35,977 nucleotides of DNA, taken from contig CAZXGW010000001.1 in NCBI GenBank assembly GCA_964640355.1, positions 12,138 through 48,114 of the forward strand, in the 5' to 3' direction. The notes beneath the pieces are model-generated. The model worked only from the letters and a program-made list of their open reading frames with translations, was not told where the DNA came from and did no database searches. Below are positions 20,948 through 30,368 of the stretch, in pieces. Each line of letters starts with the position of its first letter. Position 1 is the stretch's first letter. This DNA is from an uncultured Enterobacteriaceae bacterium (GTDB taxonomy: Bacteria > Pseudomonadota > Gammaproteobacteria > Eutrophobiales > Eutrophobiaceae). Made by a program: the position numbers and the translations under genes.

Positions 20948-23900
20948 TGGTTAATACCTTCATCCACCTCAACGTTCACACGGAATACTCGCTGGTCGAC
21001 GGTCTGCTCCGCGTCGATGACCTGGTCCGCCGTGTCGCGGAGGCCGGAATGCCCGCGGTCGCCGTCACCGAACAGAGCAACATGTTCTCCGTGGTGAAAT
21101 TCTACCGCGCGGCGCAGGCGGCCGGGGTAAAACCTGTCGTCGGTGCAGAAATCAGGTTAGCCGATGACGCCGGGGCGGGCACGGCCGGGCGTCTTATCCT
21201 GCTCTGCCAGGACATGGAGGGTTATCACAACCTCACCCGGCTCATCACCCGCGCCTATACGGAAGGCCAGTCCCAGGGCATCGCCTGCGTACAAAAACAA
21301 TGGCTGAGGGATCACCACCGGGGCCTTATCGCCCTGTCCGGCGGCAGAGACGGCGACGTCGGCCAGGCGTTATTGTCGGCCAGGGTCGACCAGGCAGAGG
21401 CGCTGCTCGGCGAATGGAAAACGTTGTTTCACGATCGCTACTACCTCGAGGTGCAGCGCACCGGGCGCGCGGGGGAAGAGGAGTACCTGCACCTGGCGGT
21501 GGATCTCGCGGCGAAGCACGGGATCCCGGTCGTCGCCAGCAATGACGTACGCTTCGCCACGGCGGACGATTATGAGGCGCATGAGGCCAGGGTCAGCATT
21601 CAGCAGGGTTACACCCTCAATGATCCGAGGCGGCCGAGACTCTACAGCCGCCAGCAATACCTCCGATCGCCGGAAGCTATGCTGTCCCTGTTTTCGGATA
21701 TCCCCGAGGCCGTGGAAAACACGCTGGCCATCGCCCAGCGATGCAACCTGGAACTGACGCTCGGCGAAATTTTCATGCCGCATTTCCCCGTGCCTGACGG
21801 CTATACCCAGGAATCGTGGCTCAGGCACCAGGCGGAACAGGGGCTGGCGGCGAGGCTTTCATCTGCCGGCCTCGAAGACGAGATGATCCGGAAATATCAC
21901 GACCGCCTCGGGACGGAACTGGACGTAATCGCCGAAACGGGATTTGCAGGTTACTTCCTGATCGTCGCGGATTTCATCCGCTGGGCCAAGGATCAGGAAA
22001 TACCCGTCGGTCCCGGCCGCGGCTCGGGGGCGGGCTCGCTCGTGGCCTTCGCGTTGGGCATCACTGAGCTTGACCCCCTGCGGTACGGCCTGCTGTTCGA
22101 GCGGTTCCTCAACCCGGAGCGCGTATCGTTGCCGGATTTCGATGTTGATTTCTGCATGGACCGGCGGGATGAAGTGATCGACTACGTGTCCCGGCGCTTC
22201 GGCCATGATCGCGTTTCCCAGATCATCACCTACGGCAGCATGGCGGCCAAGGCCGTGGTCAGGGACGCCGGCCGGGTGCTGGGCTATCCCTACGGGTTCG
22301 TCGATCAGATAGCGAAACTGATCCCGTATGAACTCAACATGACGCTGGAACGCGCGCTGGACGAGGAGGAAACCCTGAAACAGCGCTACCAGCAGGAAGA
22401 ACGGGTATCCACGCTGATCGATCTTGCCCGGAAGCTGGAAGGCCTGGTGCGCAATGCCAGCCGGCATGCCGGCGGCATCGTCATCGCGCCAAAACCGCTC
22501 ATTGAATACATGCCGCTCTACTGCGAACAGGTGGCGGGCACGACCGTGACGCAGTTCGACATGGGGGACGTGGAGGAAGTCGGGCTGGTCAAATTCGATT
22601 TTCTCGGCCTGCGGACGCTGACCATCATCGACCGGGCCGTGCGGGACATCAACTGCCTTACAAAGGAAAAAGGGGAACGGCCGCTCGCCATCGGCGAGAT
22701 CCCGCTGGATGATGGCAGGACGTACGAATTGATCAGGCGGACGGATACGACCGCGGTTTTCCAGCTTGAATCGGACGGGATGAAGAAGCTGATAAAACGG
22801 ATGCAGCCCGACAATTTCAACGATCTCATCGCGCTGGTGGCGCTGTTCAGGCCCGGCCCCCTGCAATCCGGCATGGTCGATGATTTTATCGAGCGTAAAC
22901 AGGGCCGGGCAAAATTCCAGTACCTGCATCCGAAGCTCGAACAGATCCTCAGGCCGACCTACGGCGTCATTCTGTACCAGGAGCAGGTGATGCAGATTGC
23001 CCAGGTCCTGGCCGGTTATACCCTGGGGGCCGCCGATCTCCTCCGGCGGGCGATGGGCAAGAAGAAGCCCGAAGAAATGGCCCTTCAGCGGGAGATCTTC
23101 ATCCGTGGCGCGATGGGCAACGGCGTGGATATGCACACCGCGGCCTATATCTTCGACTTGATGGAAAAATTCGCAGGTTACGGCTTCAACAAATCGCACT
23201 CGGCTGCCTACGCCCTGATTGCCTACCAGACGGCGTGGCTCAAGGCCCATTATCCTGCGGCGTTCATGGCGGCGGTGCTGTCTTCGGACATGGACAACAC
23301 GGATAAGGTGGTGCTTTTGCTCGATGAATTGAAGCGGATGAACATCGCACTCGAATCCCCGCACGTGAACCGGAGCCGCTACGCGTTTACGGTGACCGGC
23401 GGCGGCGCCATCAACTACGGCCTCGGGGCGATCAAGGGGGTCGGCCAGTCGGCCGTCGGCCACATCATGCAGGAACGTGAGCGGGACGGCGGGTTCACCG
23501 ACCTGTTCGATTTCTGCCGCCGGGTTGACCTGCACAAGGTCAACCGGCGCGCGATCGAGACGTTGATCAAGGCCGGGGCGATGGATGACCTCGGGCCGGG
23601 CAGGAGCAGCATGTTGGCGAGCCTGGACAAGGCACTGCAGCTCGCGGACCAGTACCACAAAAACGCCTGCACCGGGCAGAACGACATGTTCGGCCTCGGC
23701 GATTTTCTCCAGCCAGGCGCCGGCGGCGGCACCGACAGCGAATTTATCAGGGTGCAGGACTGGGGCGAGGAAGAACGCCTGGCGGGCGAGAAGGAAACCC
23801 TGGGGTTTTACCTCAAGGGCCATCCGATCACCCGCTACGAGGATGAACTGAAAAAATTGATCACCACGCCGTTGAAGGACATCAGCATGGGCAGCGTGAT

Positions 23901-24402
23901 CGTCGCCGGCTACATACACCGGATCCGGGCGCGCTCCGGTATCCGCGGAAGGATGGCGGAAATCCTGCTGGATGATCGCACCGCGCGCGCAAACCTGACG
24001 GTTTATTCGGACAAGTTCAATGAATACCGGAGCCTGTTGACAAAGGATCAGCTGATTATCGTAAGGGGAGAAGTGGTCCCGGACGATTTCATAGAGAGCG
24101 GTTACTCGATTATCGCCAGGGAAATCTATAATATGGATCAGGCGAGGAGCAGATTCGCCGCGCTGAAACTCAGGATTACAGAAGAAAGATCGAACAGGGA
24201 GACGATTGAAAAACTGCGCAGGACGCTCGTCCCCTACTGTTCCGGCACCTGCCGGGTGGGAATCGAGTACCGGAACGGAAAAGCGCGTTGCCGCCTCGAT
24301 CTCGGCGATCACTGGAAAGTCAGGCTGAATGACAGCCTGCTCGACCTGCTGAGAAATTCGTTTGGCAGGGATAACGTCATGGTGGAATACACCGTCCAGT
24401 AA
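20947..24402 (+). CDS. dnaE: DNA polymerase III alpha subunit
   Basis: 1151 aa. PHP domain ([15 protein letters not shown]), [29 protein letters not shown]. 1-nt overlap with the rnhB stop. Confidence 0.97.
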   Translation: MVNTFIHLNVHTEYSLVDGLLRVDDLVRRVAEAGMPAVAVTEQSNMFSVVKFYRAAQAAGVKPVVGAEIRLADDAGAGTAGRLILLCQDMEGYHNLTRLITRAYTEGQSQGIACVQKQWLRDHHRGLIALSGGRDGDVGQALLSARVDQAEALLGEWKTLFHDRYYLEVQRTGRAGEEEYLHLAVDLAAKHGIPVVASNDVRFATADDYEAHEARVSIQQGYTLNDPRRPRLYSRQQYLRSPEAMLSLFSDIPEAVENTLAIAQRCNLELTLGEIFMPHFPVPDGYTQESWLRHQAEQGLAARLSSAGLEDEMIRKYHDRLGTELDVIAETGFAGYFLIVADFIRWAKDQEIPVGPGRGSGAGSLVAFALGITELDPLRYGLLFERFLNPERVSLPDFDVDFCMDRRDEVIDYVSRRFGHDRVSQIITYGSMAAKAVVRDAGRVLGYPYGFVDQIAKLIPYELNMTLERALDEEETLKQRYQQEERVSTLIDLARKLEGLVRNASRHAGGIVIAPKPLIEYMPLYCEQVAGTTVTQFDMGDVEEVGLVKFDFLGLRTLTIIDRAVRDINCLTKEKGERPLAIGEIPLDDGRTYELIRRTDTTAVFQLESDGMKKLIKRMQPDNFNDLIALVALFRPGPLQSGMVDDFIERKQGRAKFQYLHPKLEQILRPTYGVILYQEQVMQIAQVLAGYTLGAADLLRRAMGKKKPEEMALQREIFIRGAMGNGVDMHTAAYIFDLMEKFAGYGFNKSHSAAYALIAYQTAWLKAHYPAAFMAAVLSSDMDNTDKVVLLLDELKRMNIALESPHVNRSRYAFTVTGGGAINYGLGAIKGVGQSAVGHIMQERERDGGFTDLFDFCRRVDLHKVNRRAIETLIKAGAMDDLGPGRSSMLASLDKALQLADQYHKNACTGQNDMFGLGDFLQPGAGGGTDSEFIRVQDWGEEERLAGEKETLGFYLKGHPITRYEDELKKLITTPLKDISMGSVIVAGYIHRIRARSGIRGRMAEILLDDRTARANLTVYSDKFNEYRSLLTKDQLIIVRGEVVPDDFIESGYSIIAREIYNMDQARSRFAALKLRITEERSNRETIEKLRRTLVPYCSGTCRVGIEYRNGKARCRLDLGDHWKVRLNDSLLDLLRNSFGRDNVMVEYTVQ

Positions 24403-24494
24403 GCCTCCGGAACACGCCGCCGTGCGGGCTGACTTTTATGGCAAACAGGATCACGACAAATAACAATCATGCGGCCGAACATCGCGAGCCGGCG

Positions 24495-25445
24495 ATGAAC
24501 TTCCTTGATTTCGAGCAGCCCATCGCCGAACTCGACGCCAAGATAAAAGAGTTGCGGTACGTGGGGGATGACAAGGAGATCAACATCAACGACGAGATCG
24601 CCCGTCTGCAGAAACGCAGCCGGGACCTGATCGAATCCATATTTTCATCGCTGTCGGCCTGGCAGATCTCCCAGGTGGCGCGACATCCCCTGCGGCCCTA
24701 CACGCTGGACTACATCGCACGCCTGTTCACGGATTTCGACGAACTGCATGGCGACCGGAATTTCGCGGATGATCCGGCCATCATCTGCGGCCTGGCGAGA
24801 TTCAACGGCAGGCCGGTAGCCATGGTGGGGCACCAGAAGGGGCGGGATACCCGGGAACGCCTCTACCGGAATTACGGCATGCCGAAACCGGAAGGCTACC
24901 GCAAGGCCCTGCGCATCATGCAGCTCGCGGAGCGGTTCCGGCTGCCCGTGCTCACGTTTATCGACACCCCCGGCGCCTATCCCGGCATCGGCGCGGAAGA
25001 GCGGGGGCAGAGCGAGGCAATATCGAGAAACCTGCTCGTCATGTCGGAGCTGAAAACCCCGGTGATTGCCACCGTGATCGGCGAAGGTGGATCCGGGGGG
25101 GCGCTGGCCATCGGCGTGGGTGACAGGCTGATGATGCTTGAATACAGTACCTATTCGGTCATTTCCCCCGAGGGCTGCGCTTCCATCCTGTGGAAAAGCG
25201 CGGACAAGGCGGAAGAGGCCGCCGAGGTCATGGGCATTACCGCGAAGAGGTTACATGAACTCGGGCTGGTGGATGAAATCGTCAGCGAGCCGCTGGGCGG
25301 CGCCCACCGTGATTACGACGGTGCCGCCGCCTGCCTCGGCGAGACCCTGGCGAAGACGCTGAACGAACTGTCCGCCGTTGACGGGGCCACGCTGGTGGCC
25401 GAACGCAAGAAACGCCTCCGGCAGTTCGGGTTTTTCAATACCTGA
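24495..25445 (+). CDS. accA: Acetyl-CoA carboxylase carboxyltransferase subunit alpha
   Basis: [21 protein letters not shown] canonical N-terminus, [22 protein letters not shown]. The track start at 24438 adds 19 non-conserved residues. Confidence 0.94.
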   Translation: MNFLDFEQPIAELDAKIKELRYVGDDKEININDEIARLQKRSRDLIESIFSSLSAWQISQVARHPLRPYTLDYIARLFTDFDELHGDRNFADDPAIICGLARFNGRPVAMVGHQKGRDTRERLYRNYGMPKPEGYRKALRIMQLAERFRLPVLTFIDTPGAYPGIGAEERGQSEAISRNLLVMSELKTPVIATVIGEGGSGGALAIGVGDRLMMLEYSTYSVISPEGCASILWKSADKAEEAAEVMGITAKRLHELGLVDEIVSEPLGGAHRDYDGAAACLGETLAKTLNELSAVDGATLVAERKKRLRQFGFFNT

Positions 25446-25491
25446 TCATCGTTTCGGCGCCGTCAACGGCAGCGGATGTTGTACACAAGGC

Positions 25492-26838
25492 TTGAACGGT
25501 TCTTTGTCATTATTTTCCCGCATCAGGGAAATCTTGCAGAAGCTGCCTGAGGACCGCGGGCGCCGGCGTTTCGTGGTCGCCTTCAGCGGCGGCATCGATT
25601 CCACCGTTTTACTCCATGCCCTTCACCGGATGCAGGAATTTGACGGACTGAACCTTTTTGCCGTGCACGTCAATCATGGCCTGAGTCGCAATGCCGGCGC
25701 CTGGGCGGCGCATTGCCGCGCGTTCTGCGAAGCACGGCGCATCGCCTTCGAAATGATGGAAATTGACGCCCGGGGCGGCGGGTCGCAGGGCCCCGAGGCG
25801 CGCGCGCGGGCGCTGCGCTACCGGGCGCTTGGCCGGTGCGTCGGTCAGGATGATGTCCTGCTGACGGCGCATCACCGGGACGACCAGGCCGAGACGGTGC
25901 TGCTGCGGTTGCTGCGCGGCGCCGGGGCGGAGGGGCTGGCCGGTATGCCGGCGATCCGGCCCTTCGGCGCGGGATGGTTGGCAAGGCCCCTGCTGGCCGT
26001 GACCCGCAACGACATCGCCGATTATGCGCGCCGGGAAAACCTCTCCTGGGTCGAGGACGAGAGCAACGTGGATACCGGTCTCGATCGCAATTTTATCCGC
26101 TGCAGGGTGATGCCGGTGATTGCCGGGCGCTGGCCGTCGGCCGGCGCCACCCTGGCGCGCGCCGCGGAACACCAGGCGGATCTGGCGGCGTTGCTGGATG
26201 ACATGGCAGCCCTTGACCTCGCGGCGGCGCAGGATCCGGCAGGCGGGGCACTGATGGTCCCCGCGGTCAATCGCCTGTCGCTGCCGAGAAAAAGAAACCT
26301 GTTGCGCTACTGGTTGAAGACCACGAGGGCGTCCATCCCCGGCGCCAGGATCGTCGAAAACATCATCGATCAGTTGTTCGAGGCGCGGGCCGACAGCCTT
26401 CCCTGCGTGCGTTTCGGGGGGACAGAAGTCCGGCGCTACCGGGATCGCGTCTACGCCATGACCCCGCTGGAAGAAGGCGATCACGGGGCACGGTACGTCT
26501 GGCGACTGCCGGAACCGCTCGAGCTGAAGGTAGGACGACTGGTGGCCAGGCCGGTGAAAGGAGCGGGACTGCGGGCAGACGCCGTGGCCGGCGACAAGGT
26601 CGATGTGAGATTCAGGACAGGAGGAGAGCGGATTCGTCCCGCCGGCAGAAAGCATACCCGTGAACTCAAGAAGCTTTTTCAGGAAGCGGGCATACCGCCC
26701 TGGCGCCGCGACCGAATCCCCCTGCTGTATCTCGACGATACCCTGGCCGCCGTGGCGGGACTGTGGGTGGACGAACAGTTCAGCGCCGGGAAGGAGGAGG
26801 ACGGCTGGGAGATCTCACTGGCGGTAAACGATGGCTGA
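25492..26838 (+). CDS. tilS: tRNA(Ile)-lysidine synthetase
   Basis: PP-loop VAFSGGIDSTVLLH, HVNHGL, TAHHRDDQAETVLLRLLRG. The track start at 25378 overlaps accA. TTG at 25492 or 25504 are the candidate starts, so the start is uncertain. Confidence 0.9.
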   Translation: MNGSLSLFSRIREILQKLPEDRGRRRFVVAFSGGIDSTVLLHALHRMQEFDGLNLFAVHVNHGLSRNAGAWAAHCRAFCEARRIAFEMMEIDARGGGSQGPEARARALRYRALGRCVGQDDVLLTAHHRDDQAETVLLRLLRGAGAEGLAGMPAIRPFGAGWLARPLLAVTRNDIADYARRENLSWVEDESNVDTGLDRNFIRCRVMPVIAGRWPSAGATLARAAEHQADLAALLDDMAALDLAAAQDPAGGALMVPAVNRLSLPRKRNLLRYWLKTTRASIPGARIVENIIDQLFEARADSLPCVRFGGTEVRRYRDRVYAMTPLEEGDHGARYVWRLPEPLELKVGRLVARPVKGAGLRADAVAGDKVDVRFRTGGERIRPAGRKHTRELKKLFQEAGIPPWRRDRIPLLYLDDTLAAVAGLWVDEQFSAGKEEDGWEISLAVNDG

Positions 26839-26856
26839 CCGTCGTACCCGAAAAGC

Positions 26857-27624
26857 ATGCGGTCTATAAAGAAAATCATCGAACGGATTTTTTCTCGTAC
26901 CTGGAATCAAGACGCGTCTTCGCGACCGCCTGGCCAGCCAGCCGGTCATGACGCAGAGGCCGCTTTAAGCGATAGGTTAAGACAGCGCGAACGAGAACTC
27001 TATGGTGCGGAAACTGTCGAGAGGCAGCGGCTGTATGAGCGGTGGGTGGTTAAGGAATCCTGGCGCCTGCGGGCGGAGGCCCTGCCATTGCTGGCCGGTT
27101 TGGATCCCGATCGCCTTGCCGGAACGGCTGAAGGTCTTCTGGGCGACGCTGAACTCGACGCGCTCTGGGATCATGCACGCCGGTGTGTGGCGCAGGGACT
27201 GTTGCCGGTCATCAATGGCGAAGATGACCCTGAGGCCTGGCGCATACGGCCTTTCGACGCCTTTCGCTGGGCGGCGGTGAGCCGCGTCCATGTCCCCGAA
27301 GGCCTGGCGGCGCTGCTTGATTTCATCGATCGGACCGTGAAGAAGTCCGGCGCGGGAAGCGCGCCCGCCGGTCCCGGCCAACCGTTCGCCCCGGGCGAAG
27401 ATGACAGGGTGCGGGTCCTGGGCGCGGCGCTCGCCCTGCTGGCCGCCGATCCCGGCCGCTGTGTTGACGGGAACGGGCGTGCCTGCGCCGGCAGGATGGC
27501 GCGGCTGATTTCCGAGAAAGGGGCGTTCTGGTTCGGGGATCAGGTGGTGAAACTGCAGGAGCCCGACATCAGGGCGCTGCTGGAGCGCTGGCTGGCCACG
27601 GTCCCGCCGGGATCATCTCAATGA
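26857..27624 (+). CDS. Hypothetical protein (255 aa, Ala/Arg/Leu-rich, predicted soluble)
   Basis: ATG-initiated ORF 18 nt after tilS. I recognise no motif. The composition looks coding rather than shadow, since there is no long competing ORF on the other strand over most of it. Its 3' end overlaps the convergent FHA gene by 7 nt. Confidence 0.55.
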   Translation: MRSIKKIIERIFSRTWNQDASSRPPGQPAGHDAEAALSDRLRQRERELYGAETVERQRLYERWVVKESWRLRAEALPLLAGLDPDRLAGTAEGLLGDAELDALWDHARRCVAQGLLPVINGEDDPEAWRIRPFDAFRWAAVSRVHVPEGLAALLDFIDRTVKKSGAGSAPAGPGQPFAPGEDDRVRVLGAALALLAADPGRCVDGNGRACAGRMARLISEKGAFWFGDQVVKLQEPDIRALLERWLATVPPGSSQ

Positions 27625-29135
27625 GTGACCGGGACCTTGGTGTTCTGCATTACCGTTGATTCTTCCACGGAATACTCCACCGGCAACAGGGTAAAGCGCA
27701 GGGAGATGTCGCCAATCTCGATGATATCCCCTTCGTGCAGCCTGTGACGGTGAATCTTGTTGTTGTTGACGTAGACGCCGTTCAGCGAGTCGAGGTCGAT
27801 GATGGTAAAGACATCGCCCTTGTCCCGGTGAATCTCGGCGTGGCGCCTGGATACCGAGTTGTCGACCAGCGTCAGTTCATTGTCCCGGCTGCGCCCGATT
27901 CGCCAGGACGTGCGCGTAATGGGATAGCGCTTTTTGGTTTCGTCCTGCAGGATGAGGTAGGCATAGGGTTTAAAGTCGCTGAATGCCGCGGGCGCCTCCG
28001 GTTTTTTCTCCTGGCGTCGCAGCAGGAGGAAAAATGAGGCAATGGTGATCAGCAGTACGATCACCAGGGCAATCGGTATCCCTACCCAGATCCAGGTGTC
28101 CACGGGTTTTGCCGGTGCCGGCGTGGTGATGACCCGGATCGGAGGGGGCTCCCGCACCGGCGTGGCTACCGGCGGGGCCGTCGGCTGTATCACGGGCGGT
28201 TCGGCGACCGGCGCGGCCGCCTCGGGGTTGGTGACCGTGAAATTGACCCTGTCCTCCCCGCTTTCCAGGCTGAAATTCAGATTTACCGCGATCTTTTCAT
28301 TCGCCTCCGGCACGATGACCAGCGAGATATCCACGCTCAGCCTCCCGCCGCTTTCGATACGATCGTAGGGAGCGTCCAGGATACCCGCGGGCAGGCTGTA
28401 GTCGCTGCCCGTATCCACGAACAGGCCGCCGGTTTCTTCACTCAGACGGCGCAGGGTCTGCAGGGCCACGGATTGGGCTATCGATCGCTGGTAGCCGAAG
28501 CTCGTGATGATCACGCCTGCCTTTCTCGCCGCGGCCACCACGTCCTGGTGGAAATACGCCTTGTCTTCCGCCAGGCCGTCGGAAAACAGGAAAATGGCCT
28601 TGCGGTCAGCCTGTGTTTTGTCCAGCAGTTCGACCGCGGTCATGACGCTCCGGTAAAGTTCAGTCGTCATTCCGATGGCACGCAATGTCCTGGTCGCCTC
28701 GAGCACCTGGGTCGGCGTGGATCCGAGGGGGGCCTCAACCCGCAGGACCTTGTCGAAGCTGGCGAGACCGATGCGATGGTGGGCCGCGATCTTTCCGAAC
28801 AGCGCTTCGATGTGGGCCTGGTTTTTTTCGATGACGTTCTGCCTGCCCGGATCGCTGGTGTCGACGACAAACAGGATGGCCGTGACGGCATCCGGCCAGG
28901 GATAGGTGACGTTTTCCCTCACCGGCAGGTACGTGTCACCGGCATAGGCGGATACGCCCAGGATCGATTCAGGCGAGCCTGCCCGGTAGGTGCAGTCCAG
29001 CGTCCTGTGATCAGGTGACTGGATGCACGCGACATCGATTTTCTTCCCGGATTCGGGTACGGCCGCCGCGGCGAAGGACATCACGGCCAGGAAGGCCGCG
29101 GACATGTACAGGGCGGCGTGTTTATGTTTCATCAT
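27618..29135 (-). CDS. Single-pass membrane protein: signal peptide, periplasmic vWA-like domain, Pro/Ala-rich linker, TM helix, cytoplasmic FHA domain
   Basis: - N-terminal signal peptide: MMKHKHAALYMSAAFLAVMSFAAAAV.
- vWA-like core: AILFVVDTSDPG...IFLFSDGLAED...GGLFVD.
- Linker: APVAEPPVIQPTAPPVATPVREPPPIRVITTPAPAKP.
- TM helix: WIWVGIPIALVIVLLITIASFFLLL, followed by RRQEKK.
- C-terminal FHA signature: WRIGRSRDNELTLVDNSVSRRHAEI...LNGVYVNN...GDIIEIG. Confidence 0.85.
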   Translation of the reverse strand: MMKHKHAALYMSAAFLAVMSFAAAAVPESGKKIDVACIQSPDHRTLDCTYRAGSPESILGVSAYAGDTYLPVRENVTYPWPDAVTAILFVVDTSDPGRQNVIEKNQAHIEALFGKIAAHHRIGLASFDKVLRVEAPLGSTPTQVLEATRTLRAIGMTTELYRSVMTAVELLDKTQADRKAIFLFSDGLAEDKAYFHQDVVAAARKAGVIITSFGYQRSIAQSVALQTLRRLSEETGGLFVDTGSDYSLPAGILDAPYDRIESGGRLSVDISLVIVPEANEKIAVNLNFSLESGEDRVNFTVTNPEAAAPVAEPPVIQPTAPPVATPVREPPPIRVITTPAPAKPVDTWIWVGIPIALVIVLLITIASFFLLLRRQEKKPEAPAAFSDFKPYAYLILQDETKKRYPITRTSWRIGRSRDNELTLVDNSVSRRHAEIHRDKGDVFTIIDLDSLNGVYVNNNKIHRHRLHEGDIIEIGDISLRFTLLPVEYSVEESTVMQNTKVPVTH

Positions 29136-29147
29136 GATCGCGATCAG

Positions 29148-29669
29148 TTACTTGTCCGGAAACAGGGGGTCGGGTAAATCATAGAATTGTATATTAACAG
29201 ATTCCTGGCCGGATCGGGGCGCGTCCCTCAGTTCATCGATCAGGTTCCGGCGGGTCTCGTTGAACTCGCCCAGTTGCGGGATGCCTTTATCGAGTTTCGA
29301 TTTCACGTTGATGACCAGTTCGTGCAGCGCGCTGGAATAAGGCAGCCGGTAGGCGCGCGGCGGGGCCGGCGACGACAGGTCTTCGATGCGCGCCAGCCAG
29401 AGGTAAACCGCGCCTTCATCGCCGGTGATCTTGTCAGGTTGTTCCACGTGGGCCGCGATCAGCCGGAAGCGTTCCGGCGGGTTGTCGGCTGCGGGCCACC
29501 CGAGCAGCGGCGGAAATGACAGGTAGGTGACGATGTAAAAAGCCGACGTGATGACGACCGTGCCGGTCTTTACTTGCCACGACCAGTTCGAGTAGAGATT
29601 GACGCTGAGGAGCAGCAGGGCGATGAGAACGTACGCGGCCACCAGGCCGGCGATGCTTAGGGTTACCAT
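29148..29669 (-). CDS. Hypothetical 2-TM membrane protein (173 aa)
   Basis: Two N-terminal hydrophobic helices (LSIAGLVAAYVLIALLLLSV and VVITSAFYIVTYLSFPPLL) followed by a soluble domain of about 110 aa. AAGGA-type RBS before ATG 29669. 12 nt upstream of the vWA-FHA gene. Confidence 0.65.
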   Translation of the reverse strand: MVTLSIAGLVAAYVLIALLLLSVNLYSNWSWQVKTGTVVITSAFYIVTYLSFPPLLGWPAADNPPERFRLIAAHVEQPDKITGDEGAVYLWLARIEDLSSPAPPRAYRLPYSSALHELVINVKSKLDKGIPQLGEFNETRRNLIDELRDAPRSGQESVNIQFYDLPDPLFPDK

Positions 29670-29770
29670 GTCTCGTCCTTTGCGGAAACGGTCTCAAGAA
29701 CGCTGCGGTCGCTGATCTGGAGACCGGTTCAAAATGATTTTATCCCCGGGTGATATTCTAAGGCGCGCGT

Positions 29771-30364
29771 TTACCCGAGAGAAACCAGCGGCTTCGGCAG
29801 GAAATTGATGCCGGTGATTTTTCCGTCCCTGCCTATCCTGAACCGGAACGCCGTTTTTTCCTCGCCCTTGCTTTCAAGCGTCAACGTTCCGTAATAGACG
29901 ACTTCGAGCGCGGGGTTGACCTTCACCATCCTGACGTTCACGTCCACGGGCTTGCCGGTCTCGGTGGCATAGTAATGGAGGTTGACGACATATTCACCCG
30001 CCACCACGCCGCGGATGGTCACGACTTCCTGGTTCAGGGGGTTCTGGACCAGTTCGCCGTTGATCGATATCGTATCGTTTACGAGGCCCCTGTCGTCCCG
30101 GTCGAGATGCAGCAGGCCCGCCTCGGGATTCCGGAACCAGATCACCCGCCCGTCGGGATCTTCCACCCACGTGTCGATATCGTCGGGATTGTTGTCTTCC
30201 CATGTGACTGTGATGATGTATTCCGCCTTGGGATCGATGATGCCCGTTTTCGCCTCGGGGTTCATGAACATGATGGCGACCAGGAACAGGAAAGTGAATC
30301 CCAGCAGCGCATTGAACAGCAGATCCGTAAAGGGATCGGACTGCAGGCGTTTTCTCGCGGGCAT
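29771..30364 (-). CDS. ExbD/TolR-like membrane anchor fused to an unrecognised beta-rich periplasmic domain (197 aa)
   Basis: The N-terminus RLQSDPFTDLLFNALLGFTFLFLVAIMFM aligns by eye with the ExbD TPFIDVMLVLLIIFMV segment, including the membrane-embedded Asp. The remainder (IITVTWEDNNPDDIDTWVEDPDGRVIWFRNPEAGLLHLDRDDRG...) does not resemble the ExbD/TolR/MotB periplasmic domains. The start lies 4 nt after the stop of the MotA/ExbB-like gene. Confidence 0.7.
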   Translation of the reverse strand: MPARKRLQSDPFTDLLFNALLGFTFLFLVAIMFMNPEAKTGIIDPKAEYIITVTWEDNNPDDIDTWVEDPDGRVIWFRNPEAGLLHLDRDDRGLVNDTISINGELVQNPLNQEVVTIRGVVAGEYVVNLHYYATETGKPVDVNVRMVKVNPALEVVYYGTLTLESKGEEKTAFRFRIGRDGKITGINFLPKPLVSLG

Positions 30365-30368
30365 CGGG

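Noticed and set aside
21859-24312. 817-aa minus-strand ORF
   Set aside because: It is antisense to dnaE. Its composition is Arg/Pro/Gly/His-rich with no recognisable domains, so it is a shadow ORF.
29680-29740. Imperfect 10-bp inverted repeat (aaacggtctc ... gagaccggtt) in the 101-nt gap inside the stator-like operon
   Set aside because: It has a short stem, a 24-nt loop and no T-tract. It could be an intercistronic mRNA hairpin, but it is not distinctive enough to call.
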